DNA from: Leucoraja ocellata
Lineage: Eukaryota
Assembly: GCA_036785375.1 (NCBI GenBank)
Contig: JAWMAR010000006.1
Coordinates: 19,344,001-19,408,000, forward strand
Length of the DNA: 64,000 bases
Direction of reading: 5' to 3'
The position numbers were made by a program, and so were the translations under genes. Under the pieces are notes generated by a model that had not been told where the DNA came from, made no database searches, and saw only the letters and a program-made list of their open reading frames with translations. This document shows positions 43,901 to 54,900 of this stretch, one piece after another. Within the stretch, counting starts at the first letter, position 1. The number at the start of each line of letters is the position of its first letter.

Positions 43901-46900
43901 CGATCGGCCAGGGCAAGCGGAGCCCGGAGGTCAGTAAAAAGTAGGTTGCCATCTTGTGTACTTTTGGGTTTCTTTTCTCTCAGGCTCCCTTTAGTTCATT
44001 ATTGTCACATGTACCGAGGTACAGTGGAAAGCTTCATTCTTGTTGCATGCTATTCCAGTCAGTGAATAAGACTACTACACTTGTCTACCCTGCACTGGAG
44101 ACCCGACCTTTTCTCGTCGGGTTTCCGTTGTCATTGGGGCCGCAACGAGGAGCGGCCTCCAACAGGAAGAAGCCGGGGACTCTGGTGCTACGACTCACCG
44201 TCGCCGTCGCAGGGCTGGCCGAGTCCAGAGCGGGTGGAGCGGTGGAGGAGCGCTGCTGCTGCTGCTGCTGCGGCCCGACCGGAGAGTCGGAGGCCCCAAC
44301 GACAGGTCTGTGGACGGCGGCACCGGGAGCCCGCGGCTCCCTGGAGGGAGACCGCTTTTCGGGGCTCTCGCAGCGGCGACTTCCCCCGCCCGAGTTGCGG
44401 GGTCGAAGAGCTCCTGGAGCGGGGCCTTACAGCACTGCCCCGCGCGGCTTGGAATGGCCGCGGGACTCTGCTAGCGCACGCCGGGGCTCTAACAGCAAGA
44501 CCCGGTGTGCGACCTTGCATCACTCGGCGTGGCTTTAATGGCCGCGGGACAATTGCCATCGCCAGCCGGGGGCTTTGACTTTGACTCTGACATGGGGGGG
44601 GGAGAGTGCAGTGGAGAGATAAGTTTATTTGGCCTTCCATCACAGCGATGTGATGGATGTTTGTGTAAATTATGTTGTGTCTTGAGTCTATGTGTTTGTA
44701 ATGTATGGCTGCAGAAACGGCATTTCGTTTGGACCTCAAGGGTCCAAATGACAATTAAATGTATCTTGTATCTTGTATAATCAAGCCGTCCACAGTGATC
44801 AAGGGAATAACGGAGATACATGATCAAGGGAATAACGGTTAGTGAAAGATGAAGTCCAGTAACGTTCGATAAAACATATAGACAATAGATGTAGGAGTAG
44901 GCCATTCAGCCCTTCTAGCCAGCACCGCCACTCACTGTGATCATGGCTGATCATCCACAAATGTACCCCGTTCCTGCTTTCTCCCCATATCCCCTGACTC
45001 CGCTATCTTTAAGAGGTCTACCTAACTCTCGCTTGAAAGCATCCAGAGAATTGGCGTCCACTGCCTTCTGAGACAGAGAATTCCACAGATTCACAACTCT
45101 CTGAGTGAAAATTTTTTTCCTCATCTCTGTTCTAAATGGCCTAACTCTTATTCTTAAACTGTGGCCCCTGGTTCTGGACTCGCCTAACATCGGGAACATG
45201 TTTCCTGCCTCTAGCGTGTCCAATCCATTAATAATCTTATATGTTTCAATAAGATACCCTCTCATCCTTCTAAATTTCAGAGTGCACAAGCCCAGCTGCT
45301 CCATTCTCTCAGCATATGACAGGCCCGCCATCCCGGGAATTAACCTTGTGAACCTACGCTGCACTCCCTCAATAGCAAGAATGTCCTTCCTCAAATTTGG
45401 AGACCAAAACGGCACACAATAGTCCAGGTGTGGTCTCACCAGGACCCTGTACGACTCTTTGCTCCTATACTCAACTCCTCTTGTTATGAGGGCTTAACAT
45501 ACCATTAGCTTTCTTCACTGCCTGCTCTACTTGCATGCTTACTTTCAATGACTGATGAACAAGGACCCCCAGATCTCTTTTTATTTCCTCTTTTCCCAAT
45601 TTGACACCATTCAGATAATAATCTACCTTCCTGTTTTGGCCACCAAGGTGGATAACCTCACATTTATCCACATTATACAGTATCTGTCATGCATCTGCCC
45701 ACTCACCCATCCTGTCCAAGTCACCCTGCATCCCCCTCAGTTCACACCTAGCTTTGTGTCATCTGCAAATTAGCTAATGTTACCTTGAATGCCTTTATCT
45801 AAATCATTGATGTATATTGTAAATAGCTGCTGTTCCAGCACCGAGCCTTGCGGTGCCTCACTAGTCACTGCCTGCCATTCTGAAAGGGATCCGTTAATCC
45901 CTACTCTTTGTTTCCTGTCTGCCAACCAATTTTCTATCCATGTCAGTACCCTACCCCCAATACCATGTGCTCTAATTTTGCCCACTAATCTCCTATGTGG
46001 AACCTTATCAAATGCTTTCTGAAAGTCCAGGTACACTACATCCACTGCCTCTCCCTTGTCCATTTTCCTAGTTACATCCTCAAAAAATTCCAGAAGATGA
46101 GTTCCCCTTCGCAAATCCATGCTGACTAGGACAGCCGGACGATAGTCTGGGGGTCTTCAATTAAGTCGATGGGAGATCAGGCCCGCTCTCTAGTTGTTGG
46201 TAGATGGTTCAGTTGCCTGATAACAGATGGGAAGAATCTGCCCTGAATCTGGAAATTATACATTTTTAAACCTCTGCACCTGATGCTAACGTTCCCTACT
46301 TTGAACCCCTTTGTGCCCTCTATAACTGTCTAGTGCAAAATAAAGTACAATATATCCAAGTTTGAAGTGTAGGAAGGAACTGCAGATGCTGGTTTATTGT
46401 GAAGAAGGACACAAAAGTGCTGGAGTAACTCAGCGGGTCAGGCAGCATCTCGGAAGAAAAAGGAGGATGGGTGACGTTTTCGGGTTCTGACCCTCTGAGT
46501 TACTCCGGCATTTTGTGCTTGTACAGAGATTGAAGGCGTCGGATAGTCAGTGCAAGAAATGCTGCTGCTGCTGAAATAGAGATTTAATAGAGTGGAAGGA
46601 TTCTAATGTATGATTGCAGATCTGCTAATGGGACCAGCGAGCATAGAGTGGCCTGGTTTCAGCAGCATCTTGATGTTGCCAGCTTGTCCACCAGCCGTTC
46701 GATGCTGCAGGGGCGTTGGGCAATGCGCATCTCGGGCTGCACGTGGGATGGGACGGGACGGGACGGGACGGGCTGCAGAGCCGGTGTGACGGGTGAACCT
46801 TTCTCCCCGCAGGTTCGGCAGTGTTCCAGTTCACAGGACGAGGCGAGGCGAGGCCTGCCGTCCCGGAGCCCGCGGGCACCCCGGCTGAACCCGCGGTGGC

Positions 46901-47278
46901 GCCGACATGCCCGCCCGTGGCGCAGCGCCGCGCCTTCTCCATGCTGGCCAGCATCAGGCTGCCCCGGCGGACGCCCCTGCTGCCCACGCGGAACATCAAG
47001 CTGCCCCCCGGCATGGTCAGCGCGGTGGGTGGTGCCGGCCCCACTGCGGGCGCAGACGGCCAGTCCCACCCGCAGCCCGTCACCATGCGGCGTCGCAACC
47101 TGCCCTCCCAGCGCTCCGACAACATCCACTCCATGTACGTGGCCGTGCAGGACATCTTGCGCCAATCCAAGCCGGCGGCCACCCCAACGAGACCAAACCC
47201 TCCCCGGCCAAAGTCCAGAGGAGGTTCTCCGACCCTCTGGCCGACCTGCCCCACGGGGGGGACGGCCCTGCCCTGTAA
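27376..47278 (+). CDS. MYO9B: MYO9B (unconventional myosin IXb), partial multi-exon gene span: 13 3' exons (tail, C1 domain, RhoGAP, C-terminus); motor and IQ exons absent
   Basis: GT-AG exons translate to [13 protein letters not shown]1 zinc finger, RhoGAP (GIYRKSG), [26 protein letters not shown] and RRFSDP. These match MYO9B, and adjacency to CPAMD8 matches human 19p13 synteny. Confidence 0.93.
27576..28010 (+). repeat. G-rich low-complexity tract (GGGT/GGGGT runs)
   Basis: direct reading. Confidence 0.9.
28113..28154 (+). CDS. MYO9B: MYO9B microexon ([14 protein letters not shown])
   Basis: cag|CCA acceptor, AAC|gtaagt donor, 42 nt; resembles human QSKAQKKKRKQERA. Confidence 0.85.
28568..28870 (+). 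mobile_element. HE1-type SINE
   Basis: consensus match with (CTAAA)3 tail. Confidence 0.87.
29263..29371 (+). CDS. MYO9B: MYO9B exon, C1 domain first half ([36 protein letters not shown])
   Basis: cag|AAG acceptor, GCA|gtaagt donor, 109 nt. Confidence 0.92.
29612..30190 (-). mobile_element. CR1 LINE 3' fragments (second subfamily, (CTATTGT)n tail)
   Basis: shared CR1 3'UTR and RT C-terminus. Confidence 0.8.
30861..30931 (+). CDS. MYO9B: MYO9B exon, C1 domain second half ([23 protein letters not shown])
   Basis: cag|CC acceptor, AAG|gtgcgt donor, 71 nt. Confidence 0.92.
31751..32200 (-). mobile_element. CR1 LINE 3' fragment
   Basis: near-identical to the copy at 12068-12692. Confidence 0.88.
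32233..32425 (+). CDS. MYO9B: MYO9B exon, RhoGAP start with arginine finger (HFGVEVSRL...[35 protein letters not shown])
   Basis: cag|AAC acceptor, ACG|gtgggt donor, 193 nt. Confidence 0.95.
33040..33325 (-). mobile_element. L2-clade LINE ORF2 3' fragment
   Basis: [26 protein letters not shown]...[10 protein letters not shown]-type C-terminus across frames. Confidence 0.75.
35343..35471 (+). CDS. MYO9B: MYO9B RhoGAP exon ([31 protein letters not shown]...FLRAI)
   Basis: cag|AT acceptor, TTG|gtgagt donor, 129 nt. Confidence 0.94.
36012..36062 (+). mobile_element. Penelope-like GIY-YIG N-terminal motif fragment
   Basis: [16 protein letters not shown] (CxxC...YIGxT). Confidence 0.6.
36060..36230. 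repeat. (CA)n-type degenerate microsatellite
   Basis: direct reading. Confidence 0.95.
36231..36451. other. Assembly gap (221 N) next to a CA-type microsatellite
   Basis: run of N. Confidence 0.99.
36509..36614 (+). CDS. MYO9B: MYO9B RhoGAP exon ([20 protein letters not shown]...[11 protein letters not shown])
   Basis: cag|AA acceptor, CAA|gtaagt donor, 106 nt. Confidence 0.93.
38092..38223 (+). CDS. MYO9B: MYO9B RhoGAP exon ([43 protein letters not shown])
   Basis: cag|G acceptor, CAT|gtgagt donor, 132 nt. Confidence 0.95.
39005..39470 (-). mobile_element. CR1 LINE 3' fragment
   Basis: [10 protein letters not shown]...SRTRGH translation and 3'UTR. Confidence 0.87.
39544..39658 (+). CDS. 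MYO9B: MYO9B exon ([38 protein letters not shown])
   Basis: cag|G acceptor, CGC|gtaagt donor, 115 nt. Confidence 0.93.
39690..40190 (-). mobile_element. Penelope-like element 3' remnant (second copy)
   Basis: [25 protein letters not shown] followed by the same UTR and a hammerhead-type motif at 39751-39784. Confidence 0.72.
41363..41410 (+). CDS. MYO9B: MYO9B 48-nt (probably alternative) exon [16 protein letters not shown]
   Basis: polypyrimidine tract + cag|CTG acceptor, CTG|gtaggt donor, phase 0-0; resembles human PWPLKLGFSSPYEGVL. Confidence 0.8.
41950..42235 (+). mobile_element. HE1-type SINE
   Basis: consensus match. Confidence 0.82.
42661..42800 (+). CDS. MYO9B: MYO9B exon (SKVPRSPK...[15 protein letters not shown])
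   Basis: tag|AGC acceptor, GAG|gtcagt donor, 140 nt. Confidence 0.9.
43341..43547. mobile_element. Palindromic MITE (PIF/Harbinger-like) nested in a CR1 fragment
   Basis: long TIRs ATG(T)CCCCTGTCCCACTTAGGAAACC... / ...CCTAAGTGGGACAGGGGCAT; TA-containing flanks. Confidence 0.8.
43803..43929 (+). CDS. MYO9B: MYO9B exon ([32 protein letters not shown]...), apparently one G short at the acceptor
   Basis: cag|GAT acceptor, GAG|gtcagt donor; SDEENLDSE motif; phase mismatch of 1 nt with the upstream exon. Confidence 0.88.
44090..44778 (+). mobile_element. GC-rich non-coding element with a Rex1-like 3' end
   Basis: ends ATTTCGTTTGGACC..GGTCCAAATGACAATTAAA + (GTATCTT)n; related element at 59905-60410 (-). 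Confidence 0.6.
44873..46130 (-). mobile_element. CR1 LINE, 5'-truncated degenerate RT region
   Basis: [37 protein letters not shown]; frameshifted. Confidence 0.93.
46813..47278 (+). CDS. MYO9B: MYO9B last coding exon (...[17 protein letters not shown]...DNIHSMYV / ...KVQRRFSDP...AL*); as written the frame runs on to 47351
   Basis: cag|GT acceptor. The conserved RRFSDP motif lies in the shifted frame, which ends at TAA 47276-47278. Confidence 0.82.
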
Positions 47279-47680
47279 CGTTCTCTCCACCTGGCGGATG
47301 GAGGCCACGGATCGTCTCCATTTACACACTTACCTCGAGGAGCTGCTGTAAACTACCCCCCTCCCCCACCCCCCCTCGGCTTCACCCCCCACCCGCGACC
47401 GAGGGGGTGCAGTGACGGCTCGGGACCAAGTGCGAAAGAGAGTGGGAAGTGAATGTGAAGAGTGAATGAGCGAGCGTTGGCTGTGGGTGAGAGTGACCAA
47501 CAGGAGACTGAGTGAATGACCAGGGAGGTTCAAGTGCCTGAGTGACCTTCCCTTACACACCTTGCTCTGTAAGTACGTTTACCCCCCCCCACGCCTGGTA
47601 TGTTGAGAAGGTCAGTCTCCTTGCCTTTGTCCACCTGAAACTATTTTCTCCCATCTGTGTAAAAGTACCGTTTTTATATA

Positions 47681-47686
47681 AATAAA
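47681..47686 (+). promoter_or_regulatory. Candidate MYO9B polyadenylation signal AATAAA
   Basis: AATAAA about 400 nt after the stop, followed by T/GT-rich sequence. Confidence 0.6.
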
Positions 47687-47820
47687 TGTTCTCCTTTGTA
47701 TTTTTATTTGTCACGAAATTTGAAATGAACACGACACAGTCGGGCTGGGACTGATGCTCAGTATCTCGCATACAACACTGGGGCTTAAATTAGTCAAGAA
47801 CTCTTTTGCCTGAGGGGTTT

Positions 47821-48021
47821 ATGCCCCTGCCCCACTTAGGAAACCTGAACGGAAACCTCTGGAGACTTTGCGCCCCACCCAAGGTTTCCGTGCGGTTCCC
47901 GGAGGTGGTAGGGAAACTGACAAAAACCTCCGGGAACCTCTGGGAGCCGCACGGAAACCTTGGGTGGGGCGCAAAGTCTCCAGAGGTTTCCGTTCAGGTT
48001 TCCTAAGTGGGACAGGGGCAT
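47821..48021. mobile_element. Palindromic MITE, second complete copy (partial copies at ~11850-12014 and ~27039-27190)
   Basis: near-perfect self-complementary ~200 bp. Confidence 0.82.
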
Positions 48022-48380
48022 AAGTCTATGGAAAGCTGTTTAGTTTAGAGATACAGTGCGGAAATAGGCCCTTCGGCATACTGAGTCCACACCGACTAGC
48101 TATCCCCCGCACACTAAGACTAACACACACACACACACACACACACGGGACAATTTACATTTATACCAACCCAATTAACCTGCAAACCTGTGTGAGAGGA
48201 AACCGAAGATCTCGGAGAAAACCCACGCAGGTCACGGGGAGAATGTACACACAAGCATCCGTAGGCAGGATCAAACCCGGGTCTCCGGCACTGTAAGGCA
48301 GTAGCTCTACCGGTGGCTTCCATATTGTCACGTGTGCACGCCAGTGAGATACCCCGTGCATATATCAGACATGCACGAGT

Positions 48381-48580
48381 NNNNNNNNNNNNNNNNNNNN
48401 NNNNNNNNNNNNNNNNNNNNNNNNNNNNNNNNNNNNNNNNNNNNNNNNNNNNNNNNNNNNNNNNNNNNNNNNNNNNNNNNNNNNNNNNNNNNNNNNNNNN
48501 NNNNNNNNNNNNNNNNNNNNNNNNNNNNNNNNNNNNNNNNNNNNNNNNNNNNNNNNNNNNNNNNNNNNNNNNNNNNNNNN
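48381..48580. other. Assembly gap (200 N)
   Basis: run of N. Confidence 0.99.
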
Positions 48581-50238
48581 AAGACCTATATATACTTCTA
48601 GATATAAATTTCCGTGCAAATAAAAAGGATATGATGCATTTAGAAACTTCCTCTGATGGATTTGAAATGCTCTTCACCGACACTCTTGCTGGAATCCTAC
48701 AGAGATAAATCATGTTCATAACTGTGCCAAAACTTTGCGTCGTCGGAAATCTGCCATTCTCTTCTGAACGTTTTTTTTCCAGAAAAGGGGGGGAGGTGTC
48801 ATAGTTTTGGATTGTTTCTGGAAGAGACTGGTTGGTTATAAGTTGGCTGAATCCTGGCTTGTTGGAGTGTGGAGTCCTCCTGCATTCCACTCGTTGGATT
48901 TAATTTCCGCCGCGCTGTTTAATCCGAGGGGTTTGGAACAAGATTTCTGCAAAAGCTCACGATTTTTATCTTGTATTAGAACTGCTCAATTACACTCGAA
49001 TATATCTGTAAAGTGGAGAGGGGGTTAATATGTTGAAGGAGAATCGGGGAGGGGGTGGGTGCATCAAGAACATTCAATAATTCCCAAGTTTAGCAACGAG
49101 CATGACATAATTGTTTTTCTATTACCTTTGTGAAATGTTCTCAGCAGTCTACGAGTACTTGATAATAAACGGGTATTAATAAATGTGTTTTTGTGGATGC
49201 AGTGGCTCAGATTTGGACCTTCATGGATTAAAGGGTTCATGCTGCAACATTAATCCTCGCAGTGAATTGATTTTTCGCATCTGGTATAAAAAATCAGTAC
49301 ATTTGCATGGCTCTGAGTTCGTGGTCAAATAATAATACACTTGTATAGCATTTCCAACGTAATGAATTGACCCAAGGAATTTAAGAGTGTTCTCAAATGG
49401 AATAAAATGCTTCCTGGCCAGATGAAAGAGAGAAGGGTAAAGTTTTGGGATAGTATTCTAGAGCACAAGAGGCCAGAATCTGAGGGAAATGTTCATGTTC
49501 GTAAGCCCTAGGAGCAGAACTAGGCCATTCGGCCCATCGACCACTCCGCCATTCAATCATGGCTAGTCAATCTTTCAACCCTATGCTCCAACCTTCTCCC
49601 CATAACCCTTGACACCCTTACTAATCTAGAATTGTTCAATCTCCGCCTTAAAAATACTCAATGACTTGGCCTCCATAGCCGTCTGTGGCAAAGTACATTG
49701 CGAAGATTCATTTATTAATCAGTGCGTTTTCCAGGAGGATTCCATTGCTGTAGAATATTCTATATCAGAGCACATTGGGTGAAGAGCTTTGCTGATGATG
49801 GGGCACTTTTCCGAGTTTTGTACCAAATCTAACCATCACCACAAGGCACTATCTCAGATTTTCTTATCTAATTGATATTTAGTAATGAGCAATGTTACCT
49901 GCTGACATTTATTAGCCAAGGAATTTCGTCAGTCAGAGAGAGGGTAGTGAATCTCTGGAATTCATTGCCGTTGACAGCTGTGGAGGCCAAGTCAAGACGG
50001 AGATTGACCAATTCTTGATTAGTAATGGTGCCACGGGTTATGTGAAAAAGGCAGAAAAATGGGATTGAGAGGGAAAGATAGATCAGCCGCAATTGAATGG
50101 CGGAGAGTATACTCAATGGGCTGTTTCTGCTCCTATGATTTATGAATATCCGAAATGGCCACAGAAATACTTGCCACTAACATTTCTATCCTGAATAAAA
50201 GTTTTTTTTTAAATGGCTGTCCAAATCAGGAAATTACC

Positions 50239-50272
50239 GGTCTGAAGAAGGGTCTCGACCCGAAATGTCACC
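50239..50272 (+). ncRNA. Minimal hammerhead ribozyme motif copy
   Basis: GGT-CTGAAGA-A-GGGTCTCGACCC-GAAA-TGTC-ACC. Confidence 0.58.
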
Positions 50273-53200
50273 CATTCCTTCTCTCCAGAGATGCTGCCTG
50301 TAACGCTGAGTGATCCCAGCATTTTGTGTCTACCTTCTGGAAATTACCTAGTGGAGTAGGTTGACATGAGTTGAGTTGTGCATACAGTTAAACACCATTG
50401 TTGAACTCTCCTGAACCGATGATGACAGAATGTAATTGAAGTAGCTGGAGATAACTAGACAAAGGTAACTTTCCTGAGAAGCTCCTGTATAATATTACAT
50501 GTCTCTGGCTTTCTGTAACTACCAAAATCAACCTTTGTGTAAGGCCTGAGCTGTGGAGATTTTCCACGTTCACCCCCGAAACTCCTTGTTCTGGAGCTCC
50601 TTGTTTTCACACTTCACCCAATACAGTTGTGGTAGGCAAAAGTGCTGGAGAAACTCAGCGTGTGCAGCAGCATCTATTAAGCGAAGGAAATAGGCAACGT
50701 TTCGGCCCGAAATGTTGCCTATTTCCTTCGCTTCATAGATACTGCTGCACCCGCTGAGTTTCTCCAGCACTTTTGTCTACCTTCGATTTTCCAGCATCTG
50801 CAGTTACTTCTTAAACATAGTTGTGGTTTGTGGGCTCTTTCTTTTGTGTTCAAGATGAATTAATGGGTGCATACAGGGCTTTGAACCTTGGAGGCTGCTC
50901 CAACTTTCCTTTTGTGTCGAGAGCCTTCTTCAGACTAAGTCCAAACCGTGCACTGATTGGGTAGGTAGCGGGGGGTGGAGACACAGACTGGGATAGCTTT
51001 GGGCAGGGCTGGGGGTTGGAGCGACCAGCGATAACTCCAGCGCCCCTGCTCCTGTTTCTGCCACGATCCTTCCTCAGTCACAGTACAGCCTCACCCCAGC
51101 TCTGAAGAAGGGTCTCGACCAGAAACGTCACCCATTTCTTCTCTCCAGAGACGCTGCCTGTCCCGCTGAGTTACTCCAGCATTTTATGTCTATCTTTGAT
51201 TTAAACCAGCATCTGCAGTTCTTTCCTACAACCAAGTTCTTGAACTACCACGGGCCTTTCCACTTATTTCTCCCCATTCCACCTACATTCCTTCCCTTAG
51301 TTTCACAGTTTGCATCCCTTCATTGGTTTTGGCTCATACCTTCTGCCTTTTCATTTCTGGCCATTGTCCAACCATCTGCCTATCATCCCCCTCGCCCCAC
51401 CTCACCTGTTATCCATCTATTTCTTGCCACGATTTCTCCTACCCTCTCCATTCTTTCAACTTTCTCCCCCCACCCACCCCAAACAGTCAGAAAAAAGGGT
51501 CCCAATGTGAAATGTCACCTATCCATGATCTCCAGGGATGCTGCCTGACCCGCTGTGTCACTCCAGCACTTTGTGTCTTTTTTTGTAAACCAGCATCTGC
51601 AGTTCCTGATTTCTACTCTTTATTCTGAGACTGTATTCTGTTTCTACACCCCTGAACCAGGGGAAACCTTGCAGTTTCTACCCTGTCAAGTCAGAATTTT
51701 TTTTTTGATTCTCGAGACATCTGTGATGTTATTTCTCAATTTTCTAAATTATAAGAAAATGACGCACACTTTACTCATTCTCCATTTCCCCCATACCACA
51801 AATGCATATTCTTAGGAACCAGCCTGGTGCATCTTTATATTCTCTCACAGGCAAGTATACCCCTTTTTAGTTAAGGAATCCAAAAGTGCATACATTTTCA
51901 GTATCATTCTTTATTCTCCTTATTGTAAAACTAACATACCATTTTCTCTCCTCTTTGCTTGTTGAGTACATGTTAGCTGTCAGTAAGTTGTGGACCATTT
52001 CTCTCCTGCTGCTGCTGTCGGGCATCTGAATCATCCTATCACCAACTAGAGAGCCGTTCTGAACTACGATCTCCCTCATTGGAGGCCCTCGGATTATCTT
52101 TAATCGGACTTTACTGGACTTTATCTTTCACTACACGGTATTCCCATTATCCTATATCTGTAGACTGTGGACGGCTTCATTATAATCATGTATAGTCTTA
52201 CCACTGACTGGATAGCATGCAGCAAATGAGCTTTCCACTGTACCTCGGTACACGTGATAATAAATGAAACTAAAGGATACCCAAGTTCCTTTGAACGTTA
52301 AGGTTTCACCAACCAGTGCCAAGAGTGTTTATCCATCATATGCCCTGGATCTGTAACGGAACAACAAAATGCCTAGCTTTACTGACATATTAAAATCAAC
52401 AGCATGAAAATGAATATGCAATAATTTCAGTTATGCTTAGTAAACTAAGCTTTGATAATACACCAGCTGTAGCAGTGAAGTCTGTAGTGGTTCGATATTG
52501 AGGTATGGTTGTGATTTGGGTTGTGCATGGTAGTTCAAGAACTTGGTTGACGGGAGTAAGTTGTTCTTGAACCCAGAGGTTTGGTTCACAGGCTACTGCA
52601 GCTTCTTCTCAATGGTAGTAGCAAGAAGAGAGTGTGATGTGAGTGGCGTTGTGGATCTCTTTGATGTGGGAGAACAGTACCTGTGATGGACTGGGCAATG
52701 TCTTTCTGCAACCACCTCCATCTTGAGAGTATGTCCAATATGCAATGTCGTGCCTTCTCACTTAGTTGCCTGTGTCCCCTTGGAGCCTCTTCGTATCCTC
52801 CATTGTACTGATAGTTCCATTCAGTTTTGTATCATGGATGTACATTGTTAATTGTTTAAACCCAAGCTGTGATACCCATGTTGAGTTTGTTGCCATATGA
52901 GCCTTGGGTCCCCTTCGTTCGTGGCTGACCATGGGTGTCTCCAGGGCGCTATTCCCTATATGGAGGAGGCCTGTGCGTGACTTTATTTAACATGGGGAGA
53001 CTGGTGCACAGACGGCATATGAATACAGTGTGATACAGGTGCAATGAAAATCCTACTTGCAGCAGCACCAGGAGCATATAGACTCAGACAACAGAGGGCT
53101 GGAGTAGCTCAGTGGGTCAGGCTGCATCTCAGGACAACATGGATAGGTGACATTTCCGGCCAGGATCCTTTTCTGACTGAGCGCTGGGTGGAGTCTGAAG

Positions 53201-53509
53201 AAGGTCCCCGACCCAAAAACATCACCGGTCCATGTTCTCTTGAGATGCTGCCTGACCCACCGAGTTACTCCAGCACCCTGTCTTCTTTTGTCAACCAACA
53301 TCTGCAATGCCCTGTTGATCCATGAAAACATAAATTAATAAACAGTAAAAAGGAAAAGAAAACTATCGCAAACTCAAGATAACTGTGCAAAGATAATTAG
53401 AAAACAAATCCATGGTAGTGCAAGATTTTGGATGATCAGAATGGCCTACCTACTCCTGCACCTATTTTCTATGTTTCTAAGAGGTGGTCATACGTGTTCC
53501 ATGTATGTT

Positions 53510-54900
53510 TAGTCAAGTCAAATTAATTGTCACAGTGAAGTACAGATACAATGAAAAACTTGCAGCAGCATCACAATCAGAAAGATTCAGAAAACGTAGA
53601 AACATAAATTATGTATAAATTAGACACATTCTACAAGAAGGTTAAAAGTAAAAGATTGTACAAAAAAAACCATTGGCGTCAAAATACAAAATTGGAAAAC
53701 AAGTCCATGGTAGGATTAAGGTAAGGCAGGTTAGTTCACGAACCTGACAGTTGTAGGGAAGGAGCTGTTCCTGCCCCTGGTGTTGTGGTACTTCGGTCTT
53801 CTGTACCTCTGCCCAACAATAGCAACAAGAAGAGGTCACGGCCGTATGGTGGGGAACCCAGATGATAGATACCTCCTTCTCAGCACAGCGCCTCATGTAG
53901 ATGCTTTCAATGGTGGAGTCGGCAGATATATCGGGTTGAATCCACTACTCTCTGCAGCCTTTTCTATTGCTGTGTGTAGGAATTGGAGCACAGGGCCATG
54001 ATACACACTGTTAGGATACTTTTTTTGGTGTATCTGTAGATGTTTTCAGTGAAATACCAAATCCCTTTAAACCTCTCAGAAAGTAGTGGTGCTGGCACCC
54101 TCCCTTCATGATTATATTATTTATATATATATATATAGTGCTGGGCCCAGGACATGCAACCTGTGGTGATAACACCCAGGAATTTGCAGCTGATATCTCT
54201 GCACCCCTGACCTTCCCCTTTCTGAAGTTTGTCACGCTAGCTGGAAGAAATAGCTGCCCAACTCCCATAAACAAGTCGCCTTCAGCACCAGAGGATCCAA
54301 CACGTATTCAACCATAGCTATTCCACCATCAGAAATGCATTGCACAACACCCCTCGCCCGAACTTGGGAACATCTGATCCGCTGGGTGTTCCTGCCATTA
54401 GACAGAGATTGAACAGAGCCACACCAGCGGGGAGAACTACGACGTAATAGTTAGGGGATTCAGAGGAGTGATTAAGGGACTACTTTGAATCCGTGGACTG
54501 GCTGCATTCAAGGATTCATCAACACACCTGAATGAATAAACCACATTTGTCACAGACTACATAAAGAAATGCATGGGCAAGTGTGTACCTACAAAAACAT
54601 TCCCCAACCTGATGCCCTGGGTGAACCAGGATATTCTGCTGAGGGCTAGATCTGTGGTGTTTAATACTGGTAGTGTAATACGAAAAGTCCAGATTCGACC
54701 TTCTGAAGGCCACTAAGAGCGCAAAGAACAATTTGGAACTGAGGTGGAGTCGCAGACAGAAGCTTGACAGGTTTGGCAGGATTTGCACGCCGTCACCTCC
54801 AACAAGGCGAAACCAGGTAGCATAAGTGGCTTCTGGATGTGCTCAATATCTTTTATGCAGGCTTTGAAAGGGAAAGCTCCCTTACACGACCCTGCATAGC
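53510..54900. mobile_element. Degenerate Rex1/Babar LINE fragments (minus-strand 3' piece plus plus-strand internal piece)
   Basis: degenerate FESVDW / FPN..PWVN-like and RYRS..SFFPT-like codons. Confidence 0.55.

Noticed and set aside
43954-44754. 165-194 aa ORFs in the GC-rich intronic block
   Set aside because: Low-complexity Arg/Ala/Gly translations from a GC-rich repeat; no domain motifs
46606-47415. Long overlapping ORFs (269, 234, 220 aa) on both strands
   Set aside because: GC-rich shadow frames of the MYO9B last exon; no independent homology or splice support
48120-48890. 256-aa minus ORF
   Set aside because: Runs through an N gap and a SINE; the non-N part has no recognisable motif
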